This document shows, piece by piece, positions 51,223-61,480 of a DNA stretch of 64,000 nt. A program made the position numbers and the translations under genes. Location of the stretch: NCBI GenBank assembly GCA_951406725.2, contig OX597817.1, positions 43,710,001 to 43,774,000 on the forward strand. The letters are read 5' to 3'. The stretch comes from Octopus vulgaris. Taxonomy: Eukaryota. The notes under the pieces were generated by a model. That model was given only the letters and a program-made list of their open reading frames with translations, had not been told where the DNA came from and ran no database searches. Each line of letters opens with the position of its first letter. Position 1 is the stretch's first letter.

Positions 51223-52977
51223 GTAATTATTTTCTTTATACAAACATTAATTTCACTCTCTTTCTTCTTCTCCACTTATTCTATAAAATGCTATTTTACA
51301 CTTTATACTCTAATTTCCTTATTTCCTTATGAACTCAGTTTTTCAAATACTTGCTTCTGCCTTCTTCAATTCTTTCCTTCCATATTTTATTCTAGCTTCA
51401 ATATATTGAGACAGTTGATGATAAATACATGCATACATATATACATTCAAATCTGCACATATACATACACACATACATACATACATACATACATACAAAA
51501 ATACCCTTTTGGTGTTGTTGAAATTCCAATGAAGGAGCCTTGGATCTAGGTCAGAAAATGGATCTTTTTCTGTTGACAAGAAATCTTGAAATAAAACTGA
51601 ATAATGTACACACACACACACACACAAACATGCATACATTCGGTATGTGCAACGGAAGCAATATTTGTTTAAAATAGTAATGTGTGTATCATACTTAATG
51701 CAGAGTTATCATGGAAAGCCAAATTTACTGCATTATTCATCCTGAGCGGATATCTCTTAAAGATATACAATGCTAAATAGCACAAAAATATGCCAGTAGC
51801 AGACAAAAATTACCCAGCAGCAGGAGTGAGAATGTAGATGCACATTTCTGCCTTGCTTGGTTTTGTCAGTAGCAGATACTCAGGAAACTGTATACCAAAA
51901 CAAAATCTGTCGTCACTGATAGATTAAAGCACCTGTCTGGATGAAGAAAAATTCAGTTATGTGCAAATGAAGTATTATCAGTTTAAAACAGCAATCTGTG
52001 TGTCATACTTGATGGGTGTTAGCAGCAGATGTGCCTCCTCACCAGCAGAACTTGATTGTTCAACAAGAAGCAAAAGTGCATTACTCCAATCTGTTTGGAT
52101 GTCTTCTGAGTTAAGAAGGAACTGACAGGTAGTTGTACATCACTGAAGTGGTATAGATGATGTCAACTATTTCTTATTTCTTTATTGCCCACAAGGGGCT
52201 AAACACAGAGGGGACAAACAAGGACAGACAAAATGATTAAGTCAATTACATCGACCCCCCAGTACATAACTGGTACTTAATTTATAGACCCTGAAAGGAT
52301 GAAAGGCAAAGTTGACCACGGCAGGATTTGAACTCAGAACGTAGTGGCAGATGAAATACCACAAAGCATTTCGCCCAGCATGCTAACGTTTCTGCCAGCT
52401 CTGTCAACTATTTCTGTCCAACAGTTTCTTTCCAATCGATTTCTGAGTAAAACTGTTTACTATGCTTAATGTAAATTTAGTGTCCACCTGGAGGTCTGGT
52501 CTGTAGGAAACCCCAAATACCTTAACTGGATCATCAGTTCAGTGACAAAAAGCTGTTGTCCTGCATGCACATGCTTCTCTAGGTGCCAAGGTGAAAGTCC
52601 AATAATTTGTCACAGTTTATGCATGTTCCTGTGACCTCCTAGTGCTCATTCAGAATGATGCAGACCACCTTAGTTTCTGAATGAATGCTTCCAGCATCTT
52701 CTTACCGATGTCTGTGTAAATAGACATATCCTACCTCTGTCCCTATTCTAGCAGAATGAGTAAGTTGATTACATTAACCCAAGTATTCAACTGGTACTTA
52801 TTTTATTGACCCTGAAGGGATGAAAAGCAAAGTCAACTTTTGCAGAGTTTGACTGTAAAGATGGATGAAATGCCACTAAGCATTTTGCCCAGCATGCTAA
52901 CAGTTCTGTTATTTTGCTGCCTTCAGTAATAATAATAACAACAATAATAATAATAATAATAATAATAGTAATAAAAA

Positions 52978-53101
52978 TATAGATGTTTTTGATCTAGTTT
53001 GGATTCTTTTCCATCAAATTTGAATTCTTTGCAATCAAATTTGAATTCTTTGCAATCAAATTTGATAGCAAAGAATCCAAACTAGATCGAAAACATCTAT
53101 A
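52978..53101. repeat. about 46-bp inverted repeat with an internal 21-bp tandem repeat (MITE-like)
   Basis: tatagatgtttt...atcaaatttga and tcaaatttgat...aaaacatctata. Inserted in (AAT)n. Confidence 0.85.
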
Positions 53102-53386
53102 ATAATAATCATGATGAGGATTTCTTACGCTGGATTGAGGCTACACGTTTTGAGAGGTTAATATTGATCAAACTGATAAATATGTAACTGGCACTTATTT
53201 TATAAAAATCCACTGACATTTTTAATTCAATGTAAAGGGACTGTCTGCCATCTACTGTCCTGAATCTACAGGTAATCACAGGCACACTCACATTTATGCA
53301 CATAGCACTAAGCTACTGTCAAGAAAAAAGCATCCAAATGAAGTCCCATCTGTAAATTGCATATACACTTGTACTTCTTCTTTCAG

Positions 53387-53581
53387 ATATATATTGAACC
53401 AGTAACAGGACAGATTTGGCATCGAGTAATCAGTTTCCAGTTTAACATCAAGATTTCCAGAAAACTGTTTGATTCTAAATGGAAGCAGCCTCTCAATTTG
53501 GCTTCTTTTGAACATCTCTTACCAGTTTACTGGGTGAAAACAGTTACAACAATGACACAAATTCAGCCATACAAAGATTTT
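53387..53581 (+). CDS. CD36-family gene, exon 7
   Basis: tttcag| IYIEPVTG...FQFN...LLPVYW...KDF |GTAAG. Carries the hallmark IEPxTG, QxN and PxxW motifs. Phases 0/0. Confidence 0.92.
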
Positions 53582-56500
53582 GTAAGTTTTTTTTTTTTTT
53601 TGATTTTTAGATATAACTAGTTGTTGTTGTTTAGTCGTGAGTCAATTCTGATTGAGCAAACCTACAATCAGAAATTTCAGTCATGGCCATCCTGTTACTT
53701 GTCTTTAGGCTGTGTATTTCTTTCTCTTTTTAAGATAATAATGTGATATGAGAGAGAGCTAGTTGACAACTTAAGACTGAGCATCTATATATATGTTCTT
53801 CTTGATGAATAAATAACTCTTTTAAATTCTGGGAAGGACAAAAAAATCATGTAAATTTACTCTCTTTCTTTTGTGTGAGTGTGTGTGTGCATATATATAA
53901 ATTAATGCAAGCAGCTACACGCAATGTAAAACCATAAAGGAAAAATTTAATCATCACTAATTGTGACTGAATATGCTGAATAGCATCTATATTACTAGAA
54001 ATTATGGTTCAAACCCTCAAAGCTGCATAAGTGCACATTTATATACACTGACAGGGGAGATAACCACCCATGAGCAAAGTGGAGAAAACTACTGGATTAG
54101 ACTAGTTTTGTATGTTAATTACAGACTCATTAGCAATGTCTATCCCCATTGCTCAGATGGTTCAGCTAAAATAAGTACCAGTTAAACACTGGGGTTGATG
54201 TAATCGACTCAGCTTCTCTCTCCCCAAACTGCAGGCCTTGTGCCATGATTTGAAATTAACATGTAAAAACAAATATTTAAGACTTATTATTAATTTGCCT
54301 TTCATCCTTTTGGGATTGATAAAATAAGTACCAGTTGAGCATTAGGGTTGATGTAACCAACTCAGCCTTTTCCTCTACTCTTTAACTTGTTTCAGTCATT
54401 TGACTGTGGCCATGCTGGAGCACCACCTTTAGTCGAGCAAATCGACCCCAGGACTTATTCTTTGTAAGCCTAGTACTTATTCTATTGGTCTCTTTTGCTG
54501 AACCGCTAAGTTATGGGGACATAAATACACCAGCATCGGTTGTCAAACCAATGTTGGGGGGACAAACACAGACACACCAACATGTACACACACATACATA
54601 TATACGTATATATGACTGGTCTCTTTTCAGTTTCCGTCTACCAAATCTTCTCACAAGGCTTTGGTTGGCCTGAGGCTATAGAAGAAGACACTTGCCCATG
54701 GTGCCACACAGTGGGACTGAACCCAGAACCATGTGGTTGTTAAGCAAGCTACTTACCACACAGCCACTCCTGCGCCTATCAACAGAAAACATTATTATTG
54801 TTGTTGTTTAATCTGAAATCAACTTTGATCGAGTAACCATACAATACCATCTGGTCTTTTAAGGGTGTCTAGGACTAATCTAATGTGTCCTCTTTTTTAA
54901 ATACAATAGGATGTTATTTGAGAGATTTTGCTGTTATTTTTAGCAGGATGAGCAACCTCAAAGAAGATTAATTTGGAGAATAATAGTACAGGAATTAAAG
55001 TAGCAAATATTGTTTTGTTGCATGTGTAGACATTACAAATTTTAACTGTGTTATGTCTCAGTGTTGGATATTCAGCTGTGACTGTACACTATGGTCACTA
55101 TCAGTTGCCACTTGCTATCTGTGAGAAGTTGTAAAGTAGTCTGAAAAGGGGTCCATGAAGTGTTAAAACTGGTAGCTCTGATCTGTTAAGTAATTTGCTG
55201 AAAATAATGTTATAACTCCAAATTATTATTCAACTAACTTAAAAACCACACTCCATGACGACTTTTAAGATAGTTCCTGCAGAGGGCTAATTGAGCTTGC
55301 AGCCCCAAACTAAAGAGATCTAATTAGGTGGACTATAATACGTCTATAATGACTATATGCCCAGTAGTGTTTGGTCAGAGGTTAAGGAGAGATGATGATA
55401 CTGTATTGCAATCACTCTATTGTTCCAGTCCCAAGTTGAATTCCAACTGTTGGCTAATTTGTCCCAAAGTTCTTAGCTCAACATAAAATTAATGAAGTGA
55501 ATGTCATTTATCTCTCTCTTGATCTCTGACACCACCTGACAAATGCCAACCAAGATGGTGTGAATCAGCCAAGTTTTACCTGCTAGAAATAGCAACCCAA
55601 ATGCTTTTCAAACAACTCCCAATGTTGGATGTTCAAGAACCAAATGAAGGGCAGATTTTCAATCCTGAGTTAATCCTGATTCCAAAAAGATATATTATGT
55701 CTATGTAAAGCAAATGTAGACTGACATACAGAGGTTCCAGTTGGACAGTCATTTTTGTTATTATCATTATAGAGTGTAAGGCAAAATAAATTTCAATTTT
55801 GTAAATGATATTTAATACCTATAACATATATAGAAAAGATATAACTGTTAGATATGATTTACATAACAACATACTCCTTCCAAACTGGCAATATATCAAC
55901 AAGATAATGTTCTGGGTTGCCAAGAATATAAAACAAAGATTGATTTTACCTGGGTAATCTCCAGATTTGAACTGTATTTAACATTTATAGCAGGTTATTT
56001 AATATCAAATTCAAGAACTTCAAGAAAGTGGAGAAACTTTATTTATACATGTTCAACAAGACTGTATGCATTTGTTTTATCTCTTCTACAGAAAGACATC
56101 TGATCCTCTTCATATTCTAACCTCTCAGCACCACCTCCCTCACTACTACATCCCATCTTGTGAGTTGCTTGGTGATCTCACTAGTGCCAGTACCAAATAA
56201 AAAAAAACAGCCAGCACACGCTATAAAGTGTTTGGCATTGGGAAGGGTATCTAGTTGTAGTAATCAGAGAAGAAGATATTGGAGTTTGGTGCCATCCTCT
56301 GGTTTGCCATTTCCTCTCAAACTGTTCAATCCATACCAACATGAAAAATGGACATTAAATGGTGATGATAATGTTTATTTGTGGGTAATAATTATCGCTT
56401 GAAGCATTTCCCACAGTTAACTCTTCAGCATTCAGATTACTCTGTCGAATGTAATGCTTATCTATTCATATTGTTTTGAATTAACCATGCATTACCTCAT

Positions 56501-56802
56501 AGCTTCAAAATTTTGATATGATTTTTATTCTTGGAATGACATATTAGGGTAGGTGTGAAAAGCCAGATCTGGCTAGTGTGAATATAAAACAGATCAAATG
56601 TTTTGACTGGATATGGCTGGTTTAAATGCTAAAGGGTCAATGCCAGAAAGAGAAGATACCTTAGATTTTATCATATTCAATGTCGACCAGACAAAATACA
56701 GACTACAGAAATAAGTGAAATGAAAACCTTTATGTTGTAAAAGAAAAGATAACTTTTGGCTTTGTTAAGGTAAATATTTTCAGCTCTTTATTCTTGTTGC
56801 AG

Positions 56803-56946
56803 GTAACAAATATGAGGAGATGGGCATGTGGAGGTTTGATCAGCTTTACTCTCCTAGCTTTGTCCATCATGATGTGTGGTAGCTTTATCATCTTTAAGCC
56901 TTATGTCTTCAACAGAGTGCATCCTTTACCAGAAACAACTACTTGA
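56803..56946 (+). CDS. CD36-family gene, terminal exon 8: TM2 plus short cytoplasmic tail (absent from the ORF track)
   Basis: ttgttgcag| VTNMRRWACGGLISFTLLALSIMMCGSFIIFKPYVFNRVHPLPETTT*. This supplies the expected second TM helix in phase 0. The eight exons sum to 2109 nt, or 702 aa. Confidence 0.8.
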   Translation, partial: VTNMRRWACGGLISFTLLALSIMMCGSFIIFKPYVFNRVHPLPETTT

Positions 56947-57737
56947 AAACATTGATGACCAGAAATCCCCTTTTTGGCATTGAGTCATGTAACATACATC
57001 TGCCTGTTAAAACTGCATTATGTTTGTGACATTTAAGACAAATGATCGGATGTCAGATAATCCAGTTAACTTTATTATTTAAATCTTAAAAGACTTTACC
57101 CAAAATCTCAGGTATTTTGTAGTTATGTCTCTTTTAAAAATATATATTTACATACATGTATGTCCACATGCTGTTGAGTATGTATCTCAAGTTGACTGTA
57201 AATTGCCACATGTAATTGTTAAATATGTCTTTTAGATAAGAATCATTATATGCAAATGAGAACATTCTGACATCCATTATGATTATAGGAAAATGCTGTC
57301 TCTTTTATATCATTACTTCAGTAATTATATATTACTTATTCTAAGGCGGCGAGCTGGCAGAATCGTTAGCACGCTGGGCGAAATGCTTAGCAGTATTTCG
57401 TCTGAGTTCAAATTCTGCCGAGGTCGACTTTGCCTTTCATCCTTTCAGGGTCAATTAAATAAGTACCAGTTACGCACTGGGGTTGATATAATCAACTTAA
57501 TCTGTTTGTCTGTCCTTGTTTGTCCTCTCTGTGTTTAGCCCCTTGTGGGTAGTAAAGAAATAGGTATATATTACTTATTTTCAATGTTTAGGTAATAATT
57601 ACATCATGATGAATCATGTAGAAAAACGAAAATAAAGAAATTTAAAGCATTTGGTCTCTCACTCATTTATTTCCAGTTCACCACTCTCTTGAATATATTC
57701 TGTCAAAAGAGAAAAATAATGTTAATTTCTTTTTACC

Positions 57738-57743
57738 AATAAA
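57738..57743 (+). promoter_or_regulatory. candidate polyadenylation signal of the CD36-family gene
   Basis: AATAAA about 790 nt after the stop codon, followed by a TGTGT-rich stretch. Other AATAAA hexamers occur nearby. Confidence 0.25.
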
Positions 57744-58015
57744 TGTGTCTATGGAATTATAGAATACTGCCCTGACATCTCTGGTGATGCTGTTGCTGTG
57801 CAGTACATCAAGCAAAAGGTCACTTCACTGCTTTGTATACATCATCATCATCATCATCATTTAACGTCCACTTTCCATGCTAGCATGGGTTGGACGGTTC
57901 AACTGGGGTCTGGGGAGCCCGAAAGCTGCACCAGTCCAGTCAGATCTGGCAGTGTTTCTACAGCTGGATGCCCTTCCTAACGCCAACCACTCCGAGAGTG
58001 TAGTGGGTGATTTTA

Positions 58016-60062
58016 TGTGCCACCGACACAGGTGCCAGACGAGGCTGGCAAACGGCCACGCTCGGATGGTGTTTTTTATGTGCCACCGACACAGGTGCCA
58101 GACGAGGCTGGCAGACGGCCACGCTCGGATGGTGTTTTTATGTGCCACCGACACAGGTGCCAGATGAGGCTGGCAAACGGCCACGATCGGAAGGTGATTG
58201 TTACGTGCCCACAGCACGGAGGCAAGTCGATGCGGTACTGGCTACGGCCACGTTCGGATGGTTTTCTTGTGTGCCACGTGCCACCGGCACTGGTACCACA
58301 AAGATACAAATTCCATTGATGTTCATCTATTTTGATTTGTTTTGATTTTCACTTGCCTCAACAGGTCTTCACAAGTGTCACAAGAAGGAAGGTATGCACA
58401 GGTGGACTGACTACGTCCCAGGTAGGGGCCATGGGTTATGGCCTGACTAGTCTTGCCGGGTCTTCGGATGGTGTTTTTATGTGCCACCGACACAGGTGCT
58501 AGATGAGGCTGGCGAACGGCCACAATCGGATGGTGTTTGTCATGTGCCCACCGCACTGACTACAGCACTGATGGATTTCTTGTGTGCCACAGGCACTGGT
58601 ACCACAAGATACAAATTCCATTGATGTTCATCTATTTTGATCTATTTTGATTTGATTTGATTTGATTTTCACTTGCCTCAACAGGTCTTCACAAGTGTCA
58701 CAAGAAGGAAGGTATGCACAGGTGGACTGACTAGTCTTGCCGGGTCTTCGGAAGGTGTTTTTATGTGCCACCGACACAGGTGCCAGATGAGGCTGGCAAA
58801 CGGCCATGATCGGATGGTGTTTGTTACGTGCCCACAGCACGGAGGCCGGTCGATGCGGAACTGGCTACGGCCACGTTCGGATGGTTCTCTTGTGTGCCAC
58901 CGGCACTGGTACCACAAAGATACAGATTCCATTGATGTTCATCTATTTTGATTTGTTTTGATTTTGATTTGATTTGATTTTCACTTGCCTCAACCGGTCT
59001 TCACAAGTGTCACAAGAAGGAAGGAATGCACAGGTGGACTGACTACGTCCCAGGTAGGGGCCATGGGTTATGGCCTGACTAGTCTTGCCGGGTCTTCGGA
59101 TGGTGTTTTTATGTGCCACCGACACAGGTGCTAGATGAGGCTGGCGAACGGCCACGATCGGATGGTGTTTGTCATGTGCCCACAGCACGGAGGCCAGTCG
59201 ATGCGGTACTGGCTACGGCCACTTTCGGATGGTTTTCTCTTGTGTGCTACCGGCACTGGTACCACAAAGATACAAATTCCATTGATGTTCATCTATTTTG
59301 ATTTGTTTTGATTTGATTTTGATTTTGATTTTCACTTGCCTCAACAGCCTTCACAAGTATCACAAGGAGGAAGGTATGCACAGGTGGACTGACTACGTCC
59401 CAGGTAGGGGCCATGGTTTATGGCCTGACTAGTCTTGCCGGGTCTTCGGATGGTGTTTTTATGTGCCACCGACACAGGTGCTAGATGAGGCTGGCGAACG
59501 GCCACGACCAGATGGTGTTTGTCATGTGCCCACAGCACGGATGGCCAGTCGATGCGGTACTGACTACGGCCACTTTCGGATGGTTTTCTCTTGTGTGCTA
59601 CCGGCACTGGTACCACAAAGATACAAATTCCATTGATGTTCATCTATTTGATTTGTTTTGATTTTCACTTGCTTCAACAGGTCTTCACAAGTGTCACAAG
59701 AAGGAAGGTATGTACAGGTGGACTGACTACGTCCCAGGTAGGGCCCATGGGTTATGACCTGACTAGTCTTGCCAGGTCTTTTTATGTGTTTTTTTGGTGT
59801 TTTTATGTGCCACCATGTTCCCACAGCACGGAGGCGAGTCGATGCGGTACTGGCTACGGCCACGTTCGGATGGTTTTCTTGTGTGCCACAGGCACTGGTA
59901 CCACAAAGATACAAATTCCATTGATGTTCATCTATTTTGATTGATTTTCACTTGCCTCAGCAGGTCTTCACAAGTGTCACAAGAAGGAAGGTATGCACAG
60001 GTGGATCGACTACGTCCCAGGTAGGGGCCACGGGATATGGCCTGACTAGTCCTGCCGGGTCC
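58016..60062 (-). repeat. tandem array of about 280-350-bp units (ORF stop plus 3'UTR) with about 62-bp subrepeats
   Basis: ctagtc(t/c)tgcc at about 58447, 58731, 59079, 59429, 59763 and 60046; ttccattgatgttcatctat occurs 6 times; three gtgccaccgacacaggtgccaga units at 58016-58200. Confidence 0.93.
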
Positions 60063-60921
60063 TCTCATGCACAGCACACTTCCATAGGACTCGGTCTTCA
60101 GTCATTTCCTTGGTGAGACCTAAAGTTCGAAGGTCGTGCTTCACCACCTCGTCCCAGGTTTTCCTGGGTCTACCCCTTCCACAGGTTCCCTCAACTGCTA
60201 GGGTGTAGCACTTTTGCACACAACTATCTTCAGCCATTCTCGTCACATGACCATACCAGCGCAGCCGTCTCTCTTGCACACCACAACTGACACTTCTTAA
60301 GTTCAACTTTTCTCTCAAAGTACTTACACTCTGACGATTATGAACACTGACATTACACATCCATCGGAGCATACTGGCTTCATTTCTTGCAAGCTTACGC
60401 ATATCCTCAGCTGTCACGGCCCATGTTTCACTACCATGTAGCATGGCTGTACGTACACACGCATCATATAGTCTGCCTTTTACTCTTAGCGAGAGGCCTT
60501 TTGTCACCAGCAGGGGTAAGAGCTCTCTAAACTTTGCCCAGGCTATTCTTACTCTAGCAGTTACATTTTCAGCACACCCACCCCCGCTACTGACTTGGTC
60601 TCCTAGGTAGCGGAAGCTATCAACTACTTCTAGTTTGTCTCCCTGGAACGTGGTAGAAGTTGGTCTCTGCACATTTCCAGTGTTTATTTCTCTTGAGCAT
60701 CTGCCACAGACAAAAACTATTTTCTTAGTTAGCCTTCCTTTGACATTGCTGCACCTCTTATGTGTCCATTGCTTACACTTGGTGCACCTTATAGAGTTTC
60801 TACCTACACCTTTTTTACAGATCGAGCAGGGCCATCTACCTGAAGTCGTTTGTGGTTGGTCCACCTTCCTACTTATTAGGACTTTGGTTTTGGCTAGGTT
60901 GATTCTAAGGCCCTTCGATTC
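60046..60921 (-). pseudogene. RTE ORF C-terminal fragment (RT thumb with PHD-like zinc finger)
   Basis: ORF 60046-61053; only about 60046-60921 is LINE-like. Contains CSIC...CTKC...H..C...CGRC. Confidence 0.88.
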
Positions 60922-61129
60922 GTATATAATTGGTATGAACACATACCTATTTCTGGCCCACAGACATGTTATCTCTTTATTATCTCTTCTGTCACTACTA
61001 GTGATCTCTGTTGCTTGGAACTGGCTGGTCTCATGTAACATCATCAGGTACACCTGTCCACTTGTCTCCTTGTATGTGCCCCCAAATCAATTGTCTCCTA
61101 TAAAGTCACACCATCATGGCATGTGTTGA

Positions 61130-61183
61130 CAGAGCTCTTTTCAATTCACTCTTAATTCTGGCATGGCCCATGGGTCAGTTTTG

Positions 61184-61219
<36 letters not shown>

Positions 61220-61480
61220 TCAATACATCAATAATCTAGCTGCCACCCACCTAACAAAGCCCTCTCTTTATGTAGACGGTGCAACTATTCATCCTTTTTT
61301 AACCTTCCCCAATCATACATAATTTTTATGCAACCTAGATATCACATGCTAAGCCTGTATTAATCACATGAATGGAGACCTTGAGGGAATCCTCCAATGG
61401 AAGCATGTCAATCTTATCTCTTTTACTGATAAAACTCAAGTTCTATTCAAATCAAAAACACCACTACACCCCCTACCTAA
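61130..61480 (+). mobile_element. degraded CR1/L2/Jockey-group LINE RT fragment
   Basis: GMAHGSVL (resembles GVPQGSVL), YINNL and LYVDG (resembles YADD), interrupted by (CT)n. Confidence 0.5.

Larger units (their letters stand above)
57840..60921 (-). mobile_element. 5'-truncated RTE-clade LINE with (GAT)n tail and tandemly expanded 3'UTR
   Basis: RT C-terminus GLRINLAKTK...FRYLG...MLHGSETW...RLRWYGHV...GRGRPRKTW; trinucleotide tail at 57840-57860; possible short TSD GTATA (57835-57839 and 60922-60926). Confidence 0.9.

Noticed and set aside
58016-60062. CRISPR-like appearance of the repeat array
   Set aside because: Intervening sequences are homologous to each other, there are no cas genes, and the context is a eukaryotic LINE.
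60922-61053. N-terminal 44 aa of the 335-aa ORF
   Set aside because: Flanking DNA that happens to be in frame upstream of the LINE truncation point.
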